From positions 1,856,001 through 1,920,000 of the forward strand of contig CP122380.1 of NCBI GenBank assembly GCA_024650005.2: a stretch of 64,000 bases of DNA, read 5' to 3'. Of this stretch, positions 48,284 through 57,845 are shown piece after piece; the stretch's first letter is position 1, and every line of letters starts with the position of its first letter. Under the pieces are notes generated by a model that saw only the letters and a program-made list of their open reading frames with translations, searched no databases and was not told where the DNA came from. The position numbers and the translations under genes are program-made. This DNA comes from Candidatus Bathyarchaeum tardum. Lineage in GTDB: Archaea; Thermoproteota; Bathyarchaeia; Bathyarchaeales; Bathyarchaeaceae.

Positions 48284-50980
48284 ATGAAACAGAAACCGTG
48301 GGCTCATGACCCAGCCAAAAATTTAGCGAGGTTGAATGTTTCAAAAGAAAGTGGCCTTGAAGAAAATGAGGTTTTGAAAAGGCACAGTAAATATGGAAAA
48401 AACATTTTGGTTAGTGCTAAAAAACGAAGCCTATGGGAAATCCTTGTTGAACAATTCAAATCGTTGTTAATTGTGTTACTTCTTGTTGCAACTCTGATAT
48501 CAATAGTTTTTGGGGAAATTACTCAAGGGATTGCTATAGCAGTAGTTTTGGCTATAAATACTGCAATTGGCTTTTTTACGGAACTGAAAGCTGTACGTTC
48601 GGTAGAGGCACTTCGAAAAATTGGGCAAGTTAAAACCAAAGTCCGACGCAAAGGTCAAGTTAAAGAGGTACCTGCTGAAGAGCTCGTGCCTGGAGATATT
48701 GTTATTCTCGAAGCTGGAGACATAGTAACTGCCGATATTCGACTGCTTGAGGCATCAAAGCTACAGGCTGATGAATCAACACTCACTGGAGAATCATTAC
48801 CAGTGGGAAAGAGTATTGAATCGATTGAGCCTGAAGTGCCTCTTGCTGACCGTTCAAATATGTTATTCAAAGGAACATCAGTCATTAGGGGTAGCGGAGA
48901 GGGGGTAGTTGTAAGCATTGGTATGGAGACTGAGTTAGGCAAAATTGGCTCATTGGTTGAAGCGGTGGAGGAACAGGAAACTCCGTTAGAACGTAAACTG
49001 GAATCTTTTGGACGAAAAATGTTTGCTGTCATAATGGTTGTTGCTGTAGCTGTTACAATAATAGGGATAATCTCTGGAAGAGACGTATTGGTTATGGTGG
49101 AAACCGGGATAGCTTTAGCTATCGCAACAGTTCCTGAAGGGTTACCCGTTGTTGCTACAATTGCTTTAGCTCGCGGAGTTTGGCGCATGGCACAACGAAA
49201 CGCGTTAATAAATCGTCTTTCTTCGGTAGAAACATTAGGCACTACCACAGTGATTGACACCGATAAAACTGGAACGTTAACAGAAAACCAGATGACTGTG
49301 GCCAATATTGCTTTAGATTCTTTTGAGATAGAAATAAGTGGCGAAGGACTTCAGACAGATGGAAAATTTATTATAAAAGGCTCAAGAATTGAGCCAAGAG
49401 ATCAAAAAGTTCTGAAGGAACTCATTATCAATGGCATGTTATGTAACAACGCATCTTTAAACACTGATGCAGAAGGAAAAATTGAAGCAAGCGGAGAGCC
49501 ACTAGAAGTTGCTCTTCTTGTAGCTGGAGCAAAAGCGGGTCTCGAAAGAAAGAAGCTTCTAGAGAAGTTGCCTGAAGTAGAGGAAAAGGCTTTTGACCCA
49601 GATATTAAGATGATGGCAACAGTTCACAGAGAAGATAAAAAATATCGATTTGCGGTGAAGGGCGCGCCAGAAAGCCTTTTTGATGTTTCCACCCATGTTT
49701 TAACGGAAGATGGAAAAAAACCGTTTACTAATGAAATCAAAGAAAAATGGCAAAAACAAACGGACAAGATGGCTAAAGATGGTTTACGGTTGTTGGCTGT
49801 TGCCACCAAAACGATGGAATCTAAAGAAGCTGATGCATATCAGGATCTTTCTCTATTGGGTGTAGTTGGTATGTTAGATCCACCACGTAAAGGTGTGAAA
49901 GAAGCTCTTAAACTATGTAAGAATGCTGGCATATCTGTTGTAATGGTAACTGGTGATCACCCTCAAACTGCCAAAAACATTGCTTTGAAAGTTGGGCTTA
50001 TTGATGATGATCAGTCATATACTGTTTTAGGGCAAGAATTAGCAGACGTCGAAAAGCTGTCGGAGGCAGAAAAGAAACGATTATTAGAAGCACCTATTTT
50101 TGCTAGAGTTAGCCCAGAACAAAAGTTGAATTTGGTTTCTCTTCAACAAAGAAGTGGCGCAGTTGTGGCCATGACAGGAGATGGAGTGAATGATGCTCCT
50201 GCGCTAAAGAAAGCAGACATCGGGATTGCTATGGGTCAGAGAGGAACACAAGTAGCAAGAGAAGCAGCAGACATGGTCCTTAAAGATGATAATTTTTCGT
50301 CTATAATTTCGGCGATTCACTCAGGGCGGGAAATATTCAATAATATTCGCAATTTTGTGTTTTATTTGCTTTCCTGTAATGTAAGCGAAGTCATGATTAT
50401 CACGATAGCAACATTGCTTGGTTTGCAGTTGCCAATTTTGCCGCTTCAAATTCTTTATTTAAACATGATTACCGACGTTTTTCCAGCTCTCGCACTTGGG
50501 GTAGGAAAAGGAGACATAAATATAATGAATCGCCCTCCCCGAAATCCAGACGAGTCCCTATTGAGGAAATCACATTGGCGAGACATGCTTATTTATGGAG
50601 GTATCATGGCGGCATCAGTTATTGTTGCTTTCGTTTTGTCATTAACTTGGTTTGGTTTTGATTATCAAACTTCAGTAACTATTTCTTTTTTGACGCTTGC
50701 TTTTACTCAGTTAGTACATGTTTTTAATATGCGTGATGATGCTTCGGGGTTTTTGCATAATAATATTTCATCTAACCGCTATGTTTGGATTGCTTTAGCC
50801 CTTTGTACAGCATTGCTTTTAATTACCCCCTATTTTGCTCCGTTAGCTGCAGCCCTAAAAGTAAATAAACTTAATTCGATAGGTTGGAGTTTGGTCGCTG
50901 TTTTCAGCACCTTAGTCTGGATTATTGGTCAAATTAGCATAGAGGTTAGAAAAAAATTCAAAAAAACTGGAAAACGCTAA
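48284..50980 (+). CDS. P-type IIA cation (Ca2+-like) transporting ATPase
   Basis: TGES, PEGL, DKTGTLT, KGAPE, DPPR, TGD, GDGVND. Confidence 0.95.
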   Translation: MKQKPWAHDPAKNLARLNVSKESGLEENEVLKRHSKYGKNILVSAKKRSLWEILVEQFKSLLIVLLLVATLISIVFGEITQGIAIAVVLAINTAIGFFTELKAVRSVEALRKIGQVKTKVRRKGQVKEVPAEELVPGDIVILEAGDIVTADIRLLEASKLQADESTLTGESLPVGKSIESIEPEVPLADRSNMLFKGTSVIRGSGEGVVVSIGMETELGKIGSLVEAVEEQETPLERKLESFGRKMFAVIMVVAVAVTIIGIISGRDVLVMVETGIALAIATVPEGLPVVATIALARGVWRMAQRNALINRLSSVETLGTTTVIDTDKTGTLTENQMTVANIALDSFEIEISGEGLQTDGKFIIKGSRIEPRDQKVLKELIINGMLCNNASLNTDAEGKIEASGEPLEVALLVAGAKAGLERKKLLEKLPEVEEKAFDPDIKMMATVHREDKKYRFAVKGAPESLFDVSTHVLTEDGKKPFTNEIKEKWQKQTDKMAKDGLRLLAVATKTMESKEADAYQDLSLLGVVGMLDPPRKGVKEALKLCKNAGISVVMVTGDHPQTAKNIALKVGLIDDDQSYTVLGQELADVEKLSEAEKKRLLEAPIFARVSPEQKLNLVSLQQRSGAVVAMTGDGVNDAPALKKADIGIAMGQRGTQVAREAADMVLKDDNFSSIISAIHSGREIFNNIRNFVFYLLSCNVSEVMIITIATLLGLQLPILPLQILYLNMITDVFPALALGVGKGDINIMNRPPRNPDESLLRKSHWRDMLIYGGIMAASVIVAFVLSLTWFGFDYQTSVTISFLTLAFTQLVHVFNMRDDASGFLHNNISSNRYVWIALALCTALLLITPYFAPLAAALKVNKLNSIGWSLVAVFSTLVWIIGQISIEVRKKFKKTGKR

Positions 50981-51099
50981 CCCTTTGCTCGCAGGGGGAA
51001 CTTGTTTTATGTACACTTTTGATTGCTGTTTTCAGTTTTCGATTTACAGGCTGTCTATCAATCTGCAAAGCAAAGAATAAACAAACAACACCGCTAGGA

Positions 51100-51320
51100 A
51101 ATAGTAGTACTTTAAGAAACATGGTTATCTGTTTGCTACAACCGCCAATCAATGAATTAATTTCTTGTTTTGTGGGCATAGCCGGCAGTTTTTCTACTGT
51201 TTTATATTTTTGTTTTTCCCAAGGGTAAGGCGTCCATCTTTCCGTACATTAAATATTAGTTAACAACGATTTTTTTCATAGTTTTAGGTAAAAATTTTTT
51301 CGTAAGTTCATGCATCGCCA
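51100..51320 (-). pseudogene. Decayed N-terminal/central part of a tyrosine integrase
   Basis: Reads W.K.KYKTVEKLPAMPTKQEINSLIGGCSKQITMFLKVLL, which resembles (from memory, not a search) the segment before the first catalytic Arg in archaeal integrases; stops and frameshifts upstream. Confidence 0.55.
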
Positions 51321-51552
51321 ATGAATTTGTTCTCAACAGCAAAACAAATGATAAAATGTTTGACAACAAAAAAAGGAGAAAAGGAAATTTCCACTATGTT
51401 TCCTAATTGATTTTTTGCAGATTACAAACGATTGCGAATCATTCTATTTTGGGCGGATCTTGGCATCTGTGATGTAGTCCTAGAAATTTAGCAAGCGTGG
51501 CAGGATATTCTGTTGAAAGTTCCGTCAGTAAGGGAATGTTTAAATTATTCCA

Positions 51553-52407
51553 TTGTTTTTGCCAAACTCGATTAAAATGATTCTTGTTGGAGCCCTTCTT
51601 GTTTTTGTGTTGGGTTTCATTGTTGGTGTGCCTTCAGCGATGGTTGGGCTTGGAGGCGGCGTAATTATAGTTCCAGCTTTAATTGTACTTTTTCAGTTGC
51701 CTGCCCAAAATGCTATTGCAATTAGTCTGGTAGCTATCTTAGGAACAACAGTTTCTGCCACGATTGGTTATGTTAGACATAAACAAATCGACTACAAGCT
51801 TGGACTGCTATACGATGTGATGGACGTTCCAGGCATAATCATTGGTGCATACATAACCACATTTTTGCCAGAAAACATTCTAGCAGGAATCTGTGGCATC
51901 TTCATACTTTTCATTACATTGGTCCTGATAAGAAACAAAAGAAAACCTGTTTGTGCTTGCCCAGAAATACCAAAAGAAAGCATTACAAAAGGATGGATAA
52001 GAAACGGAGTAGACCACAAAGGCAACGCAGTAAAATATGCCCTTAGTAATCCAGCTTTAGCATTAACCAGCAGTTTTGTCGGCGGAATAGTAACAGGTTT
52101 AGCAGGTCTAGGCGGCGGAATAACAGACGTTTCATCCATGATGGTACTTGGCATCCCAACCCACATCGCAGTTGCAACATCCCATTTCGCAATGGCTATC
52201 ACCAACGGAGTAGGAGTACTAACTCATGGCCTGTTAAACAATATTCTAATCGAGTATGCAATCCCGATAACTCTAGGAACAGTAATCGGAGCCCAAGTAG
52301 GATGCTTGCTCGCTAAACGCGTAAAAGGAAAAACAATACGCAACCTTCTCGCATTAATCGCTATCATATCAGCATTAAGGCTAATCTATTTCTTCTTCAC
52401 AGGCTAA
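51553..52407 (+). CDS. Sulfite exporter TauE/SafE (TSUP) family protein
   Basis: G.GGG.I.VP and GLGGG repeats; A.ATS; about 8 TM segments. Confidence 0.88.
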   Translation: MFLPNSIKMILVGALLVFVLGFIVGVPSAMVGLGGGVIIVPALIVLFQLPAQNAIAISLVAILGTTVSATIGYVRHKQIDYKLGLLYDVMDVPGIIIGAYITTFLPENILAGICGIFILFITLVLIRNKRKPVCACPEIPKESITKGWIRNGVDHKGNAVKYALSNPALALTSSFVGGIVTGLAGLGGGITDVSSMMVLGIPTHIAVATSHFAMAITNGVGVLTHGLLNNILIEYAIPITLGTVIGAQVGCLLAKRVKGKTIRNLLALIAIISALRLIYFFFTG

Positions 52408-52486
52408 AACTCAGTATTAGTTATTTGCTGAATTCAACAAAAATATATGAATTGAATTTGAAAATCATCTATTGCCGATGCGTTGC

Positions 52487-53062
52487 TTAGAGTATATCGG
52501 TACAAAGGTCTCTCCATTTGCCGTTAGATATAGTGTTAAGAGCTTCGGCGTATATTTTTACAATAAGAGATTCTCGGTTTTCATCCGTTTCTTTATGTTC
52601 AAATTTTTTTCCGATCTCAGGCAAAACGTTTGCAATGTCCTGGGCCATGCCATAAAGATCTTCGGGTTTAATTTCAACAGATTTCCCTTTCTTTTCGGCA
52701 ATAAGCTGTAACGTAGCTAACATGCCTCTTAGACGTTCCACATGAGTATGAAGGAAATATTTTTGCAGTTTCAATGAAGTTTTTTTATAGTTTTCAATAA
52801 ACAAGTTTGCTGTAGGCTCATAGTATTTTTCTAATATACCATATGTTCCTACTTCGCTATGCTCGATTTCCATTAGTCCTGATTCACGCAGCTTTTTCAG
52901 GTGATACATCGTCGAGGATGGAGTTAGTTCCAGCTTTTTTGCGAGTTGACTCTGGGTCTGCGGTTGATTTGCTGTTTCCCTGATAATTTCTCGCCGTAAA
53001 GGATCAGCTAATATTTTTATGGTTTTTAAATCTTCGATGACCTGAACTGCTTTTCGTTCCAT
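52487..53062 (-). CDS. ArsR-like winged-helix regulator
   Basis: ILADPLRR.I, SQLA..L, YHL..L...GL, EKYY. Confidence 0.85.
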   Translation of the reverse strand: MERKAVQVIEDLKTIKILADPLRREIIRETANQPQTQSQLAKKLELTPSSTMYHLKKLRESGLMEIEHSEVGTYGILEKYYEPTANLFIENYKKTSLKLQKYFLHTHVERLRGMLATLQLIAEKKGKSVEIKPEDLYGMAQDIANVLPEIGKKFEHKETDENRESLIVKIYAEALNTISNGKWRDLCTDIL

Positions 53063-53192
53063 GCTTAGTCCTTCTTTAAATTTTAAAGGAGGTCACATAA
53101 AAACTGTATGTATATTTCGAAACGATTCTATAAATAGAAACGATTAGAACAGTAGGACATATATGTCAGAAAAAAAACTGTAACATGGTTAG

Positions 53193-54311
53193 TTGACGAT
53201 GCAAGACATCAACTTAATCAACACAATTGAACAATTGAAAGAATACATTAACTTATCATCAAAGGAAACAAAAAAACTCAAACGAATCACGGCTATACAT
53301 CCCATGCAGGTAACACCGTATTACATATCCCTTATTGATTGGGATAATCCAGAAGATCCCACAAAAAAAATGGCTATTCCATCCGTAGACGAGTTGAATC
53401 TTCAAGGCTCCTACGACACTAGCGGAGAAGCAGAAAACACAAAACTGCAGGGGCTTCAACATAAATACTCGGAAACAGCCCTTATACTTGCCACAAAAAG
53501 ATGCGCAACATATTGTAGATACTGTTTTAGAAAGCGCCTTGTTGGAAGAAGAGAAAACAATGAGATAATTTCAGATTTCAAAGACGCTGTCGAGTATGTT
53601 AAGAACCATAAAGAAATTAACAACGTGTTGATTTCAGGTGGCGACCCTCTTGTGCTTCCCAATAAAATTATTAAAAGTTTCTTAAAGATGCTTTCCAAGG
53701 TTTCCCATCTTGATTTTGTAAGGTTTGGCAGCAGGACTCTTGTTACGTTTCCTTCAAGATTTCAAGACGATGAACTACTGGAAATACTGGCAGAATATTC
53801 GTCTCCAGAAAGAAGATTATATGTTGTTACCCAGTTTAATCATCCAAGAGAAACAACGAAACAATCAACCGAAGCAGTAGACAAGCTTCTCAAAGCAGGA
53901 GTAGTAGTTAATAATCAAACAGTTTTACTAAGGGGAATCAACGACAACCCACAAACACTTGCAGAATTACAAAACAGGCTCGTCCGGACAGGCGTTAACC
54001 CATATTATGTATTCCAATGTAGACCAGTAAAGAGGGTTAAGCACCATTTTCAGGTTCCATTATGCAAAGGCGTAAAAATAGTTGAAGAAGCAAAAAAACA
54101 ATGTAACGGCCACAGTAAACGGTTCAAATATATTATGTCCCACAGAACAGGCAAAATAGAGATACTGGGAATTTTCGGCAATGAAATGTACTTCAAGTAT
54201 CATGAAGCAAAAGAGAGAAAAAAACTGGGCAAAATCTTCAACAGACCTGTCGACGAAAAAACAGGTTGGCTGAACGATTCCGAAACTTCTGTAAAGGGAC
54301 AAATAAGTTAA
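53193..54311 (+). CDS. KamA-family radical SAM protein (lysine 2,3-aminomutase-like)
   Basis: LQHKY, CATYCRYCFRKR, SGGDPL, FNHP.E, NQ.VLLRGIND, PYY. Confidence 0.9.
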   Translation: MTMQDINLINTIEQLKEYINLSSKETKKLKRITAIHPMQVTPYYISLIDWDNPEDPTKKMAIPSVDELNLQGSYDTSGEAENTKLQGLQHKYSETALILATKRCATYCRYCFRKRLVGRRENNEIISDFKDAVEYVKNHKEINNVLISGGDPLVLPNKIIKSFLKMLSKVSHLDFVRFGSRTLVTFPSRFQDDELLEILAEYSSPERRLYVVTQFNHPRETTKQSTEAVDKLLKAGVVVNNQTVLLRGINDNPQTLAELQNRLVRTGVNPYYVFQCRPVKRVKHHFQVPLCKGVKIVEEAKKQCNGHSKRFKYIMSHRTGKIEILGIFGNEMYFKYHEAKERKKLGKIFNRPVDEKTGWLNDSETSVKGQIS

Positions 54312-54643
54312 CAGAAAATGTAAAAGGCTATCAAATGTGGATTTGAATTTTGAAATTTCCCATGAAAAAAGTGTGTTTGCGGTTTAGGAGACGTTGCTAT
54401 TTGCAAAACGCGTAACAGTTTTGTTGACAGCATTGGTGTAATCCATTATGTTGGATATGACATTAACTATCATGCTGAAGAGACTATGGTATGAAGAAGG
54501 GGTATACGTTGCAACAAACTTTTCTAATTAAAGCAAGCTGGATGACATCAAATCAACATCTAAAAATGCAACTTAGAATACATGACTGAGAATAACCGTT
54601 TTCCCAAAGATTTTTTTATTGAAACCAGGTTGTTAAAATAGAG

Positions 54644-54838
54644 TTGTTGGAGATAAAAAGTTTGGATCGTTTTCAAAGATTAGCCCATGAAATAATTGAT
54701 TTGGTTGAATTATCGATACGAAAAGCACATCCGACAATAGATGCTCAAGCAGCAGATTTGAAAGGAAATACGTTGCTCTATGGGGAAAATTACTATGATT
54801 TGGAAAATGAGATAACAGAGCTGCTGCATCAAATTTAA
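54644..54838 (+). CDS. Small hypothetical protein
   Basis: 64 aa, helical (LLYGENYYDLENEI); convergent with the methylase. Confidence 0.45.
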   Translation: MLEIKSLDRFQRLAHEIIDLVELSIRKAHPTIDAQAADLKGNTLLYGENYYDLENEITELLHQI

Positions 54839-54848
54839 TTAAAAGATG

Positions 54849-55892
54849 TCATTGCACAACAACAAGAGTTTTTTCAATTTTTTCGGTTAAGTCTTTTCTA
54901 ATTTTATTTGCTATGGCTTCTGCTAATTTTACAGGTACAGCGTTTCCTACCATTTTGTAGCCGTCAGCAACATTTTTGTAATAAAAAACAAAATCATCAG
55001 GAAAAGTTTGTATTCGAGCACATTCCCGTACAGAAAATCTTCTATAAAACGGATTATCAGTTTTGAAATCCCATTTGTCTTTTTCAAGCTTAACCATCTC
55101 TGTTGACGATGGATGCAAAGGAGCGTGCCTTCCTCCTGCTTGAATAGTGTATGATTGGTCAGTCCATTCCTTTCTACGGTTCCTTGACATGAAAATTGTA
55201 GAAAAGCTGCCAAGCATGTATTCATGGTTTGGAATTTCTAAAAACTCATTTGCATGATTTTTTGCTTTAGCAGAAACAGGATTTGGCAAATCACCTATAG
55301 CATCTTCTAAGGTTCTCCATGGTGGTGTTTTTTTTCCGTCTATTGTATTGCCTGCAATTTTTGTATGAGTAGGAGACGGAAAAATGAACCTTTTCCCAAA
55401 TTCTTTTCGGTACCCAACAATTAGAACTCTTCGCCGTTCCTGGGGAACTCCATAATTTCTAGCATCAAGAACCTTGTAAGAAACATTATACCCTAACTTA
55501 CTGAAGTTTGAGAGGATAATATTAAATTCATCAATATGAGTTCGTGAAACTATTCCTGGAACGTTTTCTGCCAAAAAAAAGCTAGGTTGCTTATCTTTTA
55601 GCACTCTGATGTATTCATGGAAAAGTTTACCTCTATCATCTTTTATTCCGCGCATCGCTCCTGCAAGGCTCCAGCTTTGGCAGGGAGGGCCTCCAATGAT
55701 TCCGTCTGAATCAGGTATTTCATCAGAGCGTATGTCAAAAAGTGAACGCTTGTCAATAGTTATTGTGTGGTTTTTTTCGAATGTTTCCCAAACTTTTTTG
55801 TCATTATCATTAGCATAAACTAAATCGAATCCTGCGTTTGTAAAGCCTAGGTCCAAACCGCCGCAACCTGAAAATAATGACACTATTTCCAT
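54849..55892 (-). CDS. DNA (cytosine-5) methyltransferase, HaeIII/NgoPII-like
   Basis: FSGCGG, GPPCQ, ENV, Q.R.R, RECARIQ.FP, GNAV; TIQAGGRHAPLHP target-recognition region. Confidence 0.93.
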   Translation of the reverse strand: MEIVSLFSGCGGLDLGFTNAGFDLVYANDNDKKVWETFEKNHTITIDKRSLFDIRSDEIPDSDGIIGGPPCQSWSLAGAMRGIKDDRGKLFHEYIRVLKDKQPSFFLAENVPGIVSRTHIDEFNIILSNFSKLGYNVSYKVLDARNYGVPQERRRVLIVGYRKEFGKRFIFPSPTHTKIAGNTIDGKKTPPWRTLEDAIGDLPNPVSAKAKNHANEFLEIPNHEYMLGSFSTIFMSRNRRKEWTDQSYTIQAGGRHAPLHPSSTEMVKLEKDKWDFKTDNPFYRRFSVRECARIQTFPDDFVFYYKNVADGYKMVGNAVPVKLAEAIANKIRKDLTEKIEKTLVVVQ

Positions 55893-55895
55893 TTT

Positions 55896-56756
55896 CTACC
55901 ACGACAACGTAATCAGTTTACCAGAAACCAGTTCTGCAGGATTATTTGGATTTTTTATTTCCACATCACTTACTTCTATTTGGTCATCAGCCAGCAATGA
56001 TTTAACATCTTCTTCAGGAAAAGAATCAAACTTGCTTTTCAGCATCAAAGCAACCAAAGAAAAATCTCGATTTTTATTATAAGTGTAAAGATAAGAAAAA
56101 ACGTTAACTGGATTTTGGATTTCCCACATGCCCCTTATTCTAAAGTTTGTAATTCCTAAAGGATCAATCCGATTTATTCTTCCCAACTCTTTGGTTCTAG
56201 TTGATTCTAAGCCTTCAGCACCAAAATAGTTTTCAATGTTGTTTTTAAGACCAGTTGCCTGTCTTTCATAGATTTCCTTTTCTGCAGCATAACAACTGCC
56301 TTGCACAAAATACAGGTACTTTATTTTCTCTTTTTGAACCCAGCCGATGACATAAAAAATTTCTTTGTAGTTCCATTGTCCGCCATCAACTTGTCGGCAT
56401 TGATTTGTGATTCGAGGATCTTTGCAGCTTAGGCGATCTTTTGGCGGTGAATTGTTCAAAGCAAGGCTCGCTTTAAACGATTGGATCTTTTTGACTTCAA
56501 AAGCATCACCATTCTTGATTATCAAGTCAGGTGGATTGTTCTGGTTTCCCAAATAGGAAAAAATTCCTTTGTATCTGTCTCTGTCGGTTTGTTCCTTTGC
56601 AGATTGGAAGGAGCCACTAATGGCATCTTTTACATAATACTCAAGTTGCTGTCCCACGGCATTAATTCGAATTGCATAAGTTGTAAAATAGTTTCGCAAA
56701 TCATTAGTTTTGAAATCGGAAATGTTCTTAATTGCGGTAAGCAGGTTAGGGCACAT
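55896..56756 (-). CDS. Type II restriction endonuclease, NgoPII-like (probably GGCC)
   Basis: YLGNQNNPPD, EVKK, LALN.S.PK, DPLGIT..RIRGMW.I.NP; co-oriented with the C5 MTase. Confidence 0.8.
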   Translation of the reverse strand: MCPNLLTAIKNISDFKTNDLRNYFTTYAIRINAVGQQLEYYVKDAISGSFQSAKEQTDRDRYKGIFSYLGNQNNPPDLIIKNGDAFEVKKIQSFKASLALNNSPPKDRLSCKDPRITNQCRQVDGGQWNYKEIFYVIGWVQKEKIKYLYFVQGSCYAAEKEIYERQATGLKNNIENYFGAEGLESTRTKELGRINRIDPLGITNFRIRGMWEIQNPVNVFSYLYTYNKNRDFSLVALMLKSKFDSFPEEDVKSLLADDQIEVSDVEIKNPNNPAELVSGKLITLSW

Positions 56757-56801
56757 AAACTAAATATCATTTGTAGCAAGTATTAATGTTTTGAGTGAAG
56801 C

Positions 56802-57209
56802 ATGGCAGATAAAATTTCTAAAGAAAAACGTTCAAAAATAATGTCGGCTATCCGTGCAAAAAACACCAAACCTGAGTTAGCTTTAAGGCGTGCCTTATGG
56901 GCACAGGGAATAAGGTATAGAATTCATTACAACAAAGAAAAAATTGACATAGCATTTCCATCAAAAAAAGTAGCAGTTTTTGTCGATGGATGTTTTTGGC
57001 ATGGATGCCCTGAACACGGCCACACTCCAAAGAGCAACCAAAAATACTGGATTCCCAAACTAGAAAAGAACAAACAAAGAGCAATTAAAAAAGATGAACG
57101 ATTAAAAAATGCAGGGTGGAAAGTCATGCATTTCTGGGAACATGAAATAGATGATTTAAATCCAATAATTCAGAAAATTAAAAAAACTCTAAATAAAAAA
57201 TTGGACTAA
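56802..57209 (+). CDS. vsr: Very short patch repair endonuclease
   Basis: RSKIMSAIR.KNTKPE, DGCFWHGC, W......WE. Confidence 0.93.
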   Translation: MADKISKEKRSKIMSAIRAKNTKPELALRRALWAQGIRYRIHYNKEKIDIAFPSKKVAVFVDGCFWHGCPEHGHTPKSNQKYWIPKLEKNKQRAIKKDERLKNAGWKVMHFWEHEIDDLNPIIQKIKKTLNKKLD

Positions 57210-57269
57210 AAATGTGCAAATAAAAAAGCAGACTGAAAATAATCAGTTAAAGAATTTTTTTTACACTTG

Positions 57270-57298
57270 AATCAATACTAGACCATGACGCTGTTTTG
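57270..57298 (-). repeat. Degenerate copy of the tRNA-Pro 5' end at the right island boundary
   Basis: 21/29 identity to 47482-47510, including ctagacca; lies between vsr and the r-protein operon. Confidence 0.5.
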
Positions 57299-57482
57299 GG
57301 CTGTGGATATTTTGTTTAGAGTAATGAAGTCACTAAAACTCTACTCTGGACTTGAGAGTAGTGAACAAAAAATGATGAAAAAATAAGTTATAATAAAATT
57401 GGAAAATCTAAGAAACTAAAGAAAACAAAAGAGAAACACAAGAGAGGAAAGTCTCTCTGTTCAAGAAACGGTACAAGACCGT

Positions 57483-57791
57483 TTATCCGAACAGGGAACC
57501 TAAGCCTTCCATTGCAGCTTCTTCTTTCTTGCTTTCGTCTTCTTCAGGTTCTTCTTCTTTCTTTTCTTCTGCGGGTGCTGCTGCAGTTGGGGCTGCTGGT
57601 GCGGCTGCCATCATTGCGGGAGCTGCTTTGATTGCTTCTTCAATGTCAACTTCAGCAACTGATGCAACTAAAGCTTTAACTCGAGCAGAATCGGCGCTGA
57701 CGCCGGCTGCTGTGAGAACTTCAGATACGCTTTGTTCGGTTATTTCTTTTCCAGCTTTGTGCAAGAGCATTGCAGCATATACGTATTCCAT
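57483..57791 (-). CDS. rpl12: 50S ribosomal protein L12 (P1)
   Basis: [11 protein letters not shown], Ala-rich hinge, acidic tail, GLGSLFG. Confidence 0.97.
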   Translation of the reverse strand: MEYVYAAMLLHKAGKEITEQSVSEVLTAAGVSADSARVKALVASVAEVDIEEAIKAAPAMMAAAPAAPTAAAPAEEKKEEEPEEDESKKEEAAMEGLGSLFG

Positions 57792-57845
57792 TATTCATTC
57801 TCCTCCATGTTTTCCATCATACTTACTTTTCAAGTTTTCTGAATT

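Larger units (their letters stand above)
47482..57298. mobile_element. Decayed genomic island on the 5' side of tRNA-Pro
   Basis: Integrase pieces at 47.5-47.7 kb and 51.1-51.3 kb, R-M/Vsr cargo, degenerate tRNA 5' repeat at 57270. Confidence 0.55.
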
